In this document: positions 9,368 through 19,331 of the stretch, in pieces
How the letters are laid out: each line of letters starts with the position of its first letter
How positions within the stretch are numbered: position 1 is the first letter of the stretch
Assembly: GCA_965228735.1 (NCBI GenBank)
Contig: OZ245838.1
Span: forward strand, 4,768,001-4,832,000
Origin: Planctomycetota bacterium
GTDB taxonomy: Bacteria > Planctomycetota > UBA1135 > UBA2386
Length of the DNA: 64,000 nt
Direction: 5' to 3'
Translations under genes and position numbers: made by a program
The notes under the pieces: generated by a model
Seen by the model: only the letters and a program-made list of their open reading frames with translations
What the model was told of the DNA's origin: nothing
Database searches by the model: none

Positions 9368-12300
9368 ATGGCCGCAAACCTAGTTGTTCATCCTGAGCGT
9401 TGCCCGGCGCTTGAGCACATCTCTTGCTTGCTCGGTCGACGGGTCACCCTCGCCGTGCTGGCGTGCCTGCTGCTCGCGCTGGGTCTCGGAGCTCAGAAAG
9501 ACTGTCCACCGAACAAGTCGCCATCGGGTCCGCCCAAATGCCGGTGCGATCCGATCACTCCTGGCGCGAGTGGAGTGGCCCACCACGGTCCGTCCGGCCC
9601 ATTGGGTGGTGGGGCGGGTTCAACTGGCGGCGGGGGCTCCACCGGCGGGGGGGCTGCCGAGACGGGCGATCGAGGTGGCACCAGATCTGACGGGACCTCG
9701 GGCCGGAGGGCGGGCGGGCTCCCCGTTCCGACGACGGGTGGACCGAGTAGGCCAAATCCGTGCTGCGGGTCAGACAAGCCTCTTCCTAACTATGCGGCTC
9801 ATTGGCCTGGCGATGACAAGGTTGCGACAGAGCCCGAGGTTCCGTTCAGGGTGATCGGGCGACCGGACCCCGCTCCATATCCGCCGCCGATATTGTATCC
9901 TTACCCCGGCCCATGCTCGAACATCTGCCCGTCATGTGGCGTCGATCACGAGTGTGTTTTCACCACGCGCCCGCGCCCCCCCATCGGCGCGCCGGCAGAT
10001 CCGGTCCTCAATTTCGGATCGTCCCCACTCGGCTCGCATCCGAATGGCCACGTGGCATATTACAGTGAGCCAGGATCGGGTCTATTCTACCACCAGCCAC
10101 ACGCCGATAACGGGACTCTTCTCGATTACATTGATGTCCATACCGTGGACGGATTCGTCGCACGATACAGAATGGTCACCATGACAGGTGGCGTTCGCTA
10201 CGCGGTCATCGAGTCGATGACTGATAGTCGAGACAACGTAACGTATTATATCTATGATCAGCAAGATCGCTTGAGCTGCGTGCAGCATCCGACCGGGATC
10301 CATGAGTGCTGGAACTACGATCCAACATGGATCGGGCAGGGCGCTGGGAAGTGGGATGACACGAACTACAGCGGCGTCGAGGTTACGTTCTTCGACGTGG
10401 ACACGGGTTCGACCGTCTCCGGCCGGACGCGCTACTACCTGTTTCACCGCCTTCGGAACCCGCAGGGCAATCTCGTTCCCAACGCGCGCCCGTTCGGTGG
10501 CGACCTTCTGTATCGGACCTACCAGGCGAGCTTCTTCGTCTTAGACCCCGTTGCGGCTGGCAGCGTGGCGCAGCTTCCAACGGGGCTGTCGCAGAGTGTC
10601 GAGCGCTACGCGGTCACGGAGCTAACCTATCACTCTGGCACGCGGCGTGTTCACGAGTTCCGAAGTCTTGTTGTCGACGGCGTGGCTCACGGACTGCCTG
10701 TATCGCAGCAGCAGACACTCGTCGCCTACCAGTACGAGGATTGGCCGGCTGGTTCGGGCTACCGGCGGGTCAAGACGGAGTACTTCCCGCAAGAGGGCCT
10801 GCGTCTTCAGTATTCCTACGTCTTCGGCGACTCGTCTTCGCCGAATCGAGTTACGCAGTTCACGCGTCTGGAGCAGGCTGCGTCTTCCGAGCTAGGGCCG
10901 TCAGTTGAAGACTTCGTGCAACGCGTAGAGGTTCTCGATAGTTTCGGACGCCCAACCGAGGTTACGACGACACCACTCAGCTCAAACTCATTTCCCCGGA
11001 CGTCTGACCCAGACAACGGAGGGTGGGTCGAACCAACTAGTCGGAAGTTCATCTATCAGTACGGGGCGTGCAACTTATGTGCGGCGAAGCCAACGCTCGT
11101 CCGCGACGATGACGCCAATCGCGTATATGAGTTTGACTACGACTCGCTGACGGGCTTGTTGACGGAGGAGCGATTCCCGAGCCCGACCGGCACCGGTGTC
11201 GCTACTCGCAAGTATGTCTACGAGGTTAGAACGCCAGGTCAGATCTACTCCGCCTACGACATTGACTACGAGGAGGATGAGTTCGGGCGGACTTTCAACT
11301 ACTCTTACGGACGTATCACGCGCGCGGTGGCATCGCATGGCGCCAAGAACCAGTGGGTCGATCGATCTAGTCCCGGTATTACTCTCGCGGACGGAACAAC
11401 GGGCCCCCCGGTGCAGGAGACCATCTACTACGACACGTCCGTGCCGCAGTTCTACACTCAAGGCGGACAGAAGGCCTACGTCGGCCACGTATCCAGCGTG
11501 AACGATGGCGATGGTGTCACAACGAACTACGAGGTCGATGCAGACGGGCGCCCTTGGCGGGTGATCGTCAATCCGAGCGGTGGCGCAGACGAGATCGAAT
11601 CGCGCGAGGTTCGAGATCACCTAGGTCGCGTCACTACATACATCTCGAACTACGGCTCGGCGCTCCAGCAAGAGACGCACGTCGAATACAACAGCGCTGA
11701 CATGGTGACTCGCGTGTGGCGAACCGTCGGCGCGCAGACGATGGACGAGCGGTTCTTCTACGACTCCCTCGGACATCTCACAGTCCATCTCGAGCGGAAT
11801 GTCACTTCAACAGACTCCGCGCCGGTCGACTTTGGATCCCCCGGTCGCTCGGAGACGGCGCGAGAGTGGTTGAGAAGCGAGTATCAGTATGAAGGTGTTC
11901 GACTCGCTACGCTGTTGGTAGATCGCCGCCCATTGGATCGCGACGACAGCGGCTCGGTCGCGGACGCTGCCGGAGCAAGGTTCCTCAGGACTGACTTTGG
12001 CTACCACCCTCGTGGTTGGGTGACGCACGTATACCGACCGAACGGTGCGGTGGAAGAGTCCACGTTCGATGGATATGGGGCACTCTACAAGCGCTCGCTG
12101 CAATCGACGGGGCAAGATCCGGTTGTCGAGCGGTGGTTCGTCAACGACGCGCTGGAGGTGGTCCGACACGTGAAGGGGGACGGCGCCGTGGAGTTGGCGA
12201 CCGACTTGGAGCGGAACTCTACTGGGGTCGTCGAGAAGGTCACGGAGCCGAGAGTGGCTCCACCAGGCACGTGGTATCCCGTGACGACGAACTACGTGGC

Positions 12301-15300
12301 GTTCGGGATTCGCGAGTTTGATACCGACGTTGGGGGCAATGTCGTGGAAAGCCGAATCTACGACGGCTCGACTGCGACTCCGACTCTGCTCGCGCGAACC
12401 GTGAATACCTACGACGAGCTGGGCCGAGTCTATCGAGTAGACAGATTCGATCCGCCGGGAGCGAGCGCAGCCGCTCGCTCGATGAGCGTGCTGTGGGGCG
12501 GCGCGAGTCAATCTGACAAGGTCACCCTTGACTTCAATCCAGCGAACCCGGGGACGCAGACGAGAACTGTCGAAAGCGTCTTCGACGCAGCTGGTCGACT
12601 AACTGAACGCTTCGATTCGCTGCCAGCGACCCCCAACCGCGTCATTCGCACGTTCGAGGCGAAAACTTGGCTTACCAAGACGGTGACCCGAAAGCTCCGA
12701 GACGAACATCCTGGGACGGCAGGCTACGTCGACCGTGTAGTTCAGTATTCGCGAGACGGGCTAGGCCGTGTCGTGCAAATCCTGCAAGAGCCAAACGCGA
12801 CCTCACCTTTGTCGCACACGTTCACCTACTACAGCAACGGGAGAACGGAGTCATACACCGATCCAGCTGGCAAGGTGCAGAACTACCTTCCCGATGCCCT
12901 AGGGCGTCTCGTCGAGCACTACTTGCCCGGTGTGGACCCGATCTGGAACGAGTCGAAGTTCCAAGTCTGGACTGGCACCGACGATCGTTCTGAAACTGTT
13001 CGGACGGACGGCCGTGGTCGAGTGACGCGGTCGATTGTCGATTTCGCGGGGCGCGTTCAGGCGATCATGAATCCGGGGGCGACGGTTGAGCCGACGTCTG
13101 CTTCGCCGCACCAAGCCTTCGCGAAGTTCTTTGCCTACAACTCAGCGTCGCAGCTGACCGGTGTCTCTCAGGGTAATGGCGTGCATACGGCACATTACCG
13201 AGACGGCATGGGTAGACTGATTGCGCGATCAACGCCGACGGCCGGTGCAAACCAGTTCGTTTCTTTGTATCACGGTCGGGACATCCTCGTCCGAAACGGA
13301 CTCGGGCAAGTCACCTACGCGGCGAACTACTATGGGCCAGATGGCTCATGGGGTCTCTACCAGCAAGAAATATTCGGACCGGACTCTCTGGGGCGCAACC
13401 ATCTCGAGTCTTTCAGGTTCCTATTCGGTAACAACTGGGTGGAAGTCGATAGCGGCTTCACCAATGGAGACTCTGTCCGCACAGCGCTCACCTACGATAA
13501 CAATGCGGGCGGGGACGGTCTGTGGCTGGACTATTTGCCCGATGCGATTGGTCGACTGAGTCGCGTGGACTGGCGAACCTCGAGCGGCGGAACGCCCGAG
13601 ACCCTGGCGGATTACTTGCACGAGGGTGGTCGAATTCGACGGCGCACCACGCACTGGGGTCCCGGCGCGTCTGATGAGTTCGATACAGACTATCGATACG
13701 ACGTGTTCGGCCGGATGGATCAAATCACACAATCCTTCAGCGCGTCCGCTACGGTCGGCTTCTTCTACGATGATGCCAGCAGCTTGCTGAAGGAAGAGTA
13801 TCAGAAGCAGGGTGGCGTCAACGAGAAGGGTGACCGGTTCACCTATGACGAGCATCACCGGCTCGAGAGCGCTTGGCTCGGGGCCAACCAGGCTGAGTTG
13901 GACAACCCGGGGACGGGCACGTTCATCAAGAAGCTGACATACAATCTCGACGCGGCGAACAACCGTGAGTCAGTGACTACTCAGATTGGGCCGATGGGTG
14001 TCCCCTCCACAGCAAACTACGATACGCAGGACGCAGCGCCTCAGGGGCCAAGCAATCGTTACGAGGACGCTGAAGGCGTGGCGCCGCTCTACGACGAGCG
14101 CGGCAACACGATATTCGACGGAAACTTCTGCTACGTCTACGATGACCTCAACCGGATCAGTGAGGTGTACATACTGACGGGCCAGGACGCGTCTTCGATG
14201 TCCAGCGTTCAGTCGTTTGGTGCATCAGGGCAGTCAGGCTCTCTTTCGAGCTTACGGGAGGCGGAGCTGGCGCGCGGTAAGTTCGCCGTTACAGACCCCG
14301 GGGTTCTGCGCGCGGCGAGGCGACGAATCCTCGGCCGAGTTCCGGAACATCCAGGGCGAATTCATCAGCTGCATTGGGACCCTTCGTTCAGGCGGCGCTT
14401 GAGTGAGCCGCTCCCTCCCATGGCTGCGACCCGCACCGCACAGCCCGCGAGCGGCTCGGCGACGTCGTCGAGTGCGGGCAGTTCGGGTGGCGAAGCCGAG
14501 AACGCAACGATGACGCTGTACGCGGTCTATCAGTACGATGCGATGAACCGACGCGTTAATCGTAGCGTCATCGGTGTTCAGACCTGGTTTTATGCCTGGG
14601 ATGGGTGGCAGGAGGCCGAGGAGTTGACGTGGGACGGCACGAATGTGGTGCCGCAGCGGCAGTTTGTATGGGGCGAGCAACTTGATGAGCTGGTCGCCTA
14701 CCGATACCGCCAGCCTGGGCAAAGCGCGTTCGCGGAATTCTTTGTTGCCGAGGGCGGTGCTCATTGCCCGAGCCGGGTTCTGGACGACCAGGGGCAAGTC
14801 GTGGAGGTGCAAGAGTATGATTCCTACGGCAAGGCAAGTTTCTTCGATGGCAGTGGTGGATATGTCGGCGGCGGGACACAGTTTGCTGTCGGGAGCGTGT
14901 TCCGGTGGAAAGGCCACCGGGCGGATCCAGAGACCGGGTTGGTTCTGATCAGAAATCGGTATTACGCGCCGGAGAGTGGTCGGTTCTACTCAATGGACCC
15001 CGGGGGGGTGTGGTTCGATAAGGCCGCGAGGGGTAACGCATACAACTACGGAGCGGCTAGCCCCTTGGTGGATTGGGATCCACTGGGTTTGCAAGTCATC
15101 CCTACCCCCCAAGTTATCATCCACATGTTCGACAATCCGCTGATTGCCGGGATTGGAGATGTGGCGCATGAAATCGCGTTTGGTGTGCAGGACGGGATCC
15201 AGTACGGCGGTGAGCTTTCACTATCGGTGACCGTGGGTCAGATTACAGGTAACTGGGATCCGTTCAACGAGCTGGTTGACGAGGCTTATGACGGGGTCCT

Positions 15301-15757
15301 GTCGTTGCCAGAGAATATTGGTAACGAGGTTGCTGGAATATGGGACGGCCTTGCTAGTGGAGATCCGCGTTCGATGGCTGCGGCTGTCACCAAGATTGTT
15401 ACCGCCGGCGGAGCCGCGGCTGGGCTCGGTCGCAAGATACTGCGACGTAGCAATAAGCCTCTGGTTGGGCCTAATGGCGGAACGAGCTGGGAAACCGCTA
15501 GACGCGTATACTGGAAGCGATATGGGGTTTGCGGTGAGGCGCCGAGGCGGATTGTGTTGGTGGAGTACCACAAGAGGCCAGGCAAGAAATTTTATATCGA
15601 GGAGACCAAAGAATTGCACCATATCAAGGCACAGAAAGACGGGGGCAAGCACACTCCCAGAAATCTGAAAGAGGTGTGGCCTAAGGAGCACGAGCGTATT
15701 GATCCGTATCGCTTCACTGGCTACAATGTGGTGAGAGTTATTGGCCCTGGTAGGTAG
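9368..15757 (+). CDS. RHS-repeat polymorphic toxin with C-terminal HNH/EndoVII nuclease
   Basis: YD-type repeats; RHS core RNRYYAPESGRFYSMDP and SPLVDWDPLGL; C-terminal ELHH..GG.H..NL...P.EH..IDPYR; signal-peptide-like N-terminus (RRVTLAVLACLLLALGLGAQ). Start placed at ATG 9368 rather than 9146. Confidence 0.92.
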   Translation: MAANLVVHPERCPALEHISCLLGRRVTLAVLACLLLALGLGAQKDCPPNKSPSGPPKCRCDPITPGASGVAHHGPSGPLGGGAGSTGGGGSTGGGAAETGDRGGTRSDGTSGRRAGGLPVPTTGGPSRPNPCCGSDKPLPNYAAHWPGDDKVATEPEVPFRVIGRPDPAPYPPPILYPYPGPCSNICPSCGVDHECVFTTRPRPPIGAPADPVLNFGSSPLGSHPNGHVAYYSEPGSGLFYHQPHADNGTLLDYIDVHTVDGFVARYRMVTMTGGVRYAVIESMTDSRDNVTYYIYDQQDRLSCVQHPTGIHECWNYDPTWIGQGAGKWDDTNYSGVEVTFFDVDTGSTVSGRTRYYLFHRLRNPQGNLVPNARPFGGDLLYRTYQASFFVLDPVAAGSVAQLPTGLSQSVERYAVTELTYHSGTRRVHEFRSLVVDGVAHGLPVSQQQTLVAYQYEDWPAGSGYRRVKTEYFPQEGLRLQYSYVFGDSSSPNRVTQFTRLEQAASSELGPSVEDFVQRVEVLDSFGRPTEVTTTPLSSNSFPRTSDPDNGGWVEPTSRKFIYQYGACNLCAAKPTLVRDDDANRVYEFDYDSLTGLLTEERFPSPTGTGVATRKYVYEVRTPGQIYSAYDIDYEEDEFGRTFNYSYGRITRAVASHGAKNQWVDRSSPGITLADGTTGPPVQETIYYDTSVPQFYTQGGQKAYVGHVSSVNDGDGVTTNYEVDADGRPWRVIVNPSGGADEIESREVRDHLGRVTTYISNYGSALQQETHVEYNSADMVTRVWRTVGAQTMDERFFYDSLGHLTVHLERNVTSTDSAPVDFGSPGRSETAREWLRSEYQYEGVRLATLLVDRRPLDRDDSGSVADAAGARFLRTDFGYHPRGWVTHVYRPNGAVEESTFDGYGALYKRSLQSTGQDPVVERWFVNDALEVVRHVKGDGAVELATDLERNSTGVVEKVTEPRVAPPGTWYPVTTNYVAFGIREFDTDVGGNVVESRIYDGSTATPTLLARTVNTYDELGRVYRVDRFDPPGASAAARSMSVLWGGASQSDKVTLDFNPANPGTQTRTVESVFDAAGRLTERFDSLPATPNRVIRTFEAKTWLTKTVTRKLRDEHPGTAGYVDRVVQYSRDGLGRVVQILQEPNATSPLSHTFTYYSNGRTESYTDPAGKVQNYLPDALGRLVEHYLPGVDPIWNESKFQVWTGTDDRSETVRTDGRGRVTRSIVDFAGRVQAIMNPGATVEPTSASPHQAFAKFFAYNSASQLTGVSQGNGVHTAHYRDGMGRLIARSTPTAGANQFVSLYHGRDILVRNGLGQVTYAANYYGPDGSWGLYQQEIFGPDSLGRNHLESFRFLFGNNWVEVDSGFTNGDSVRTALTYDNNAGGDGLWLDYLPDAIGRLSRVDWRTSSGGTPETLADYLHEGGRIRRRTTHWGPGASDEFDTDYRYDVFGRMDQITQSFSASATVGFFYDDASSLLKEEYQKQGGVNEKGDRFTYDEHHRLESAWLGANQAELDNPGTGTFIKKLTYNLDAANNRESVTTQIGPMGVPSTANYDTQDAAPQGPSNRYEDAEGVAPLYDERGNTIFDGNFCYVYDDLNRISEVYILTGQDASSMSSVQSFGASGQSGSLSSLREAELARGKFAVTDPGVLRAARRRILGRVPEHPGRIHQLHWDPSFRRRLSEPLPPMAATRTAQPASGSATSSSAGSSGGEAENATMTLYAVYQYDAMNRRVNRSVIGVQTWFYAWDGWQEAEELTWDGTNVVPQRQFVWGEQLDELVAYRYRQPGQSAFAEFFVAEGGAHCPSRVLDDQGQVVEVQEYDSYGKASFFDGSGGYVGGGTQFAVGSVFRWKGHRADPETGLVLIRNRYYAPESGRFYSMDPGGVWFDKAARGNAYNYGAASPLVDWDPLGLQVIPTPQVIIHMFDNPLIAGIGDVAHEIAFGVQDGIQYGGELSLSVTVGQITGNWDPFNELVDEAYDGVLSLPENIGNEVAGIWDGLASGDPRSMAAAVTKIVTAGGAAAGLGRKILRRSNKPLVGPNGGTSWETARRVYWKRYGVCGEAPRRIVLVEYHKRPGKKFYIEETKELHHIKAQKDGGKHTPRNLKEVWPKEHERIDPYRFTGYNVVRVIGPGR

Positions 15758-16355
15758 CGTAGATGAGGACGAGAGTGTGAAAGACGGATCAAGTGTGTCG
15801 CCGCCCCCCGATGCGTTTGGGGAGAAGGTCAAGTGGCCAGCGGGCTACGAACAGGACCTTCGAAAGGTTGGCTCATGGTCGCTGGACGGGCTGTTTGGCC
15901 TGACGTCTATCGAGGCCTTTAGCGTTTGTTGGGATTGTTCGTTGGCCGTGCCCCCCCAGAGCGGGGAGATGGTCACTTTTCACGCGACGCTGTATGGTAT
16001 GGATGCGGAGGTCATAGAAGTGGCGTCAATGCGACAGGTAAACGGGATCGTTTTTGGCGATGGATCCGAGGCGCTAGACTGGATCCCGGTTCGGAAACGG
16101 GGCAAGGGGCGTTTGAGGTCCATCGGAAGTGATCCGCGGTGGGTGGATCCAACGAACGCGAATTGGCCAACATGCGAGGGCGAGCCGGCAGTCTTCGTAG
16201 GCGATGTCGATGTGCCACCGGACGACGATCGTTTGGGCGGGTTTCGGGTCTACATGTTCCTGGGGCAGAAGAATGGCGATAGGGTCGTACCGAAGGTGCT
16301 GATCGAGGACACTTCTCAGCAGACGGCCGACGAGCACTACCGGCTTGAGGATTGA
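15741..16355 (+). CDS. putative cognate immunity protein of the RHS toxin
   Basis: Acidic ~200-aa ORF directly after the toxin domain; start uncertain (15741 or 15777). Confidence 0.65.
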   Translation: MALVGSVDEDESVKDGSSVSPPPDAFGEKVKWPAGYEQDLRKVGSWSLDGLFGLTSIEAFSVCWDCSLAVPPQSGEMVTFHATLYGMDAEVIEVASMRQVNGIVFGDGSEALDWIPVRKRGKGRLRSIGSDPRWVDPTNANWPTCEGEPAVFVGDVDVPPDDDRLGGFRVYMFLGQKNGDRVVPKVLIEDTSQQTADEHYRLED

Positions 16356-16538
16356 GTTCGGCGTTGGGTGTCTTGTCTCTAGTGCTTACTGGACGCTCGG
16401 CAGGGCCACCGGGAGAATCGAAACGCACCGCAATGCGCCGCTGGCTTAGGCGTCTGAACGCGGATCAGCTTCGCGCCCTCTGTCGGATGGGTAGCTGGTC
16501 GTGAGGGACGGCCGACGAACGACAGGATCGCGGCGACC

Positions 16539-16622
16539 AGCCGTGAGTTCCGGCGCCACAGTCATCGCTTTCCCCAACCCTGGCAGAGAGCAGGAAAGGC
16601 AGACCGATGACCGATTCGCAGA
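16539..16622 (+). repeat. 84-bp remnant of the left end of the four-gene DDE transposon
   Basis: 75/84 identical to 33625-33708, including the SD, ATG and first codons (MTDSQ) of the transposase. Confidence 0.9.
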
Positions 16623-16637
16623 TTGCGACCGGGTGAC

Positions 16638-16799
16638 TGTGCAACAGAGTGTGCAACGCCCCCGGTCACACCCTGACACGGTCTGGCACAACGTGGCACG
16701 ACGGCGCGCCGCTCTGATTACCGCATCGCCCGTCACGTGGCGCAGATAGGCACGATCTGGCACTACCTGTCACTCCCTGGCACGACCCGGCGCTCCGTC
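16638..16799 (+). promoter_or_regulatory. att arm of element A: paired TGTGCAAC sites and 10-bp-phased (T)GGCAC repeats
   Basis: TGTGCAAC at 16638 and 16650; GGCAC-like units every 10 bp at 16665-16699 and 16739-16793; homologous to 41682-41827 and 39103-39176. Confidence 0.75.
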
Positions 16800-16819
16800 T
16801 TCGAGTCCTGCAGGGCCTA
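16800..16819 (+). repeat. att core, copy 1 (tRNA 3'-end fragment)
   Basis: TTCGAGTCCTGCAGGGCCTA corresponds to T-loop, 3' T-stem, acceptor strand and discriminator; identical at 39015 and 41828; 60 bp from the integrase stop. Confidence 0.92.
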
Positions 16820-16879
16820 TTCACTTGCGGCTTCGGCCAGCGCAGGTCGGCGGAGGCCGTGAGCGGTCGTAAGCGACGG

Positions 16880-18169
16880 TCAGCCACGGTCTCCGCCCTC
16901 CGCCACCCCATGCGACTTCGGTCCCGACAGGCCAGTGTCGGCCGGCGTGAGACGATCGCTAGCTGTCACCAGAGCTGTCACACCTGAACCGAGCAGCATG
17001 GCGAGCTGAGCCTGCCCAGCGACGAGGTCGTGGTGGTTGAGCTTGGTGTAGACATCCATCGTGATGCGCACGTCGGAGTGTCTGAGCAGCTTGCAGGCCG
17101 TCTGCACCGGAACCCCCGCACGGGCGAGACTCGTCGCGTAGGTGGTCCTCAGCGCGTGCAGGTCAAGCTTGAGATTGTCGGGGACCCGAATGCTGGCCCA
17201 GCGTGCGTCGTCCCGCAGTCGGTCGGGAATCGCGTCGGGCATTCGCACGACCCGGTCGTCGGGGTTGGGCATCCGCCCGGTGCGTTCATGCACGCGGCTG
17301 AGGTGGTTTTGGAGCAGCGTTGCTGTGTCTTGGATGAGCGGCAGCGTGGCACCTCGACCGGACTTTTCGACCTCCGCCCGGATCGTCACCGAAGGATGTT
17401 CGCCGAGTCTGAGATCCGACCACCGCAGGGTCTCGATCTCGCCGCGCCGGAGTCCGCTCGTCGCGGCCAAGGCGTAGATCACCGCCCGGCACCGTCCCTC
17501 GAACGCGAGGTCGGCGAGGAGACTTGCGGGAGCGTTGGGGTGCCTGCTCCGGTAGCCCTCGACCGGGCGCTCGACGGCCGCCGACAGAAGCATCGGGATC
17601 TGCTCCGGTTCCAGTGCGTAGCGCACGACCTTGGCATCTGCTGGCTTGAACACACGGGAGAGGCTCTGCAAGGGGTTCCGAGGTAGTCGGTCGGTTCTGA
17701 CGAGCCAACGTCCGAACTGTTGGCCGAGCGCCGCGTAGTGGTCGCGAGTTCTCGCGGAGGCGCCATCGTCGAGCAGCCTTGCCAGAGCCTCTTGTGCTGC
17801 CCCGAGTCGGTAATCCGAGAGTTGGTGAGCGGCCATCAAGCTGAGCAGTCGAGTCAGTCGAGTCCGCGTGATGCTGACGTAACGCTCGCTGCGGTTGTCG
17901 GCTTCCAGTGACCGCACGAACGCCGCGGCAAGATCGCTCAAGTTCTCGCGGCACTCGGCGCTCACCGGGTCAGGCAGCCCGGCCTTCCGGCGTTCGACTC
18001 GGAGCAGTTCACCGGCCAGCGCAGCCTCCGCGACGCTCTTGTCTGCGGACACGCGCCGGCCGATTCGGCGACCGCTCTCGTCCGTCCACTGAATGGAGTA
18101 GGTGTCCTCTCGCAACCCGTCGCGGGTCTTGCGCTTGAACACCGAACCTCTCGCTCTCTTCTGACTCAT
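16880..18169 (-). CDS. tyrosine recombinase / phage-type integrase
   Basis: Catalytic motifs SGLRRGE, EKSG, LHALRTTY, LLRHSD, TMDVYT; arm-binding-type N-terminus (MSQKRARGSVFKRK). Start set at 18169. Confidence 0.95.
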   Translation of the reverse strand: MSQKRARGSVFKRKTRDGLREDTYSIQWTDESGRRIGRRVSADKSVAEAALAGELLRVERRKAGLPDPVSAECRENLSDLAAAFVRSLEADNRSERYVSITRTRLTRLLSLMAAHQLSDYRLGAAQEALARLLDDGASARTRDHYAALGQQFGRWLVRTDRLPRNPLQSLSRVFKPADAKVVRYALEPEQIPMLLSAAVERPVEGYRSRHPNAPASLLADLAFEGRCRAVIYALAATSGLRRGEIETLRWSDLRLGEHPSVTIRAEVEKSGRGATLPLIQDTATLLQNHLSRVHERTGRMPNPDDRVVRMPDAIPDRLRDDARWASIRVPDNLKLDLHALRTTYATSLARAGVPVQTACKLLRHSDVRITMDVYTKLNHHDLVAGQAQLAMLLGSGVTALVTASDRLTPADTGLSGPKSHGVAEGGDRG

Positions 18170-18176
18170 CTCGACA

Positions 18177-18395
18177 TCACCGCTTCGTTGGCAGTTGAGC
18201 GATGGCTCGCCGGACTTCGTCGAGGACGAACACTGTCCGTCGCCCGAGCTTCCTCGGTGAGGGGAGCTGGCCCCGGTGAACCATGCGTTGGAGTTCTCGC
18301 CGCGAGATCCCGAGTAGCGCCGTGAGATCGTCGTAGCTGACGAGGAGGGGCTCGAAGCGTTCACTCTCGGAGCCTGTCAGAGGAGGTATCGACAT
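18177..18395 (-). CDS. AlpA-like excisionase / recombination directionality factor
   Basis: LVSYDDLTALLGISRRELQRMVHRGQLPSPRKLGRRTVF; immediately upstream of the integrase. Confidence 0.88.
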   Translation of the reverse strand: MSIPPLTGSESERFEPLLVSYDDLTALLGISRRELQRMVHRGQLPSPRKLGRRTVFVLDEVRRAIAQLPTKR

Positions 18396-18524
18396 CGGAT
18401 GCAAGTCAGAGGTGGGTTGTGACGCCCACAAAACCTGCATCAGCGCCGGGATTCTGCCCCGAGCACCTGCTAGCAGCTTGTCGCAGCTTCTCGGCGACCC
18501 AGCGGATTCTCCCGGGCTGCCCGC

Positions 18525-19331
18525 CTACGTCTGCGACGTCAGCAACCCGAAGACCTGCCATCCGAGTGCAGTCAGCGAGAAGGACGACCCCTTCGTCTTC
18601 GGCGGGTCCTTCGGGATCAGATCGTGCTTTCGCAGCCGGCTCGGCATTCCTTGGGATGTCGAGACGTCGATGTCGAGGTGGTTCGCGATGGCCTGATGGC
18701 CGATCTCGGTCTTGCCGAAGTTGAGCAGTTCACCGAGCGCGACAACCCATGCTCGCTCGGCGGGCTTGAGCGAGGCGGCCACATCGCTGGCGGGTGGGGC
18801 TTGGGTGATGCCGCGGGCCTTTGTCGAGATCGGGATGGAGGCAAGTTCGGCTAACGCGTGTGCGCGGACTTTCGCTACCAGATCGTGCGTGACGTGTTTC
18901 TGGATTCCCGAACGAATCTCGTCGGCAACGCCCTGGGCACCGTCAAGGCGGAGTTCATCGAGACCCCAGTGATCTGGGACCCGAACTAGCCTGACGGGCG
19001 CTTCACGATCGCGAATCGTCAGATGCGAGAACCAGAGCATCGCGAGCACCAAGCCCATCGCTGCTTCTACACCGCACGGCTCAGTTGGACTCCCGATCGG
19101 GCCGGCAGAGTGCGCGCGAGCAAGCCGCACGACCTTGGGGTCGGGTTCTGTTGCCGCCAGTTCGAGGAGGGCGTTCAGTGTCGCTGCGACTCTTGTCGCG
19201 TTGGTTGTGGGTGATGCGCTCGATCCAGCGGCGGACTTGGGAAGGAGCCACCGGGTCGTGATGGTGAAGTCGCGAACCCACTCCTCTGTCGCTGTGATGG
19301 CGGCTGCGGTGACTTCGGAATCGGACGACAT
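18525..19331 (-). CDS. hypothetical protein with C-terminal winged-HTH
   Basis: 268 aa; IGHQAIANHLDIDVSTSQGMPSRLRKHDLI...FSLTALGW is wHTH-like. Confidence 0.65.
   Translation of the reverse strand: MSSDSEVTAAAITATEEWVRDFTITTRWLLPKSAAGSSASPTTNATRVAATLNALLELAATEPDPKVVRLARAHSAGPIGSPTEPCGVEAAMGLVLAMLWFSHLTIRDREAPVRLVRVPDHWGLDELRLDGAQGVADEIRSGIQKHVTHDLVAKVRAHALAELASIPISTKARGITQAPPASDVAASLKPAERAWVVALGELLNFGKTEIGHQAIANHLDIDVSTSQGMPSRLRKHDLIPKDPPKTKGSSFSLTALGWQVFGLLTSQT

Noticed and set aside
16660..16800. Short periodic repeats as a CRISPR array
   Set aside because: The period is 10 bp with 5-6-bp motifs; there is no repeat-spacer structure and no cas operon.
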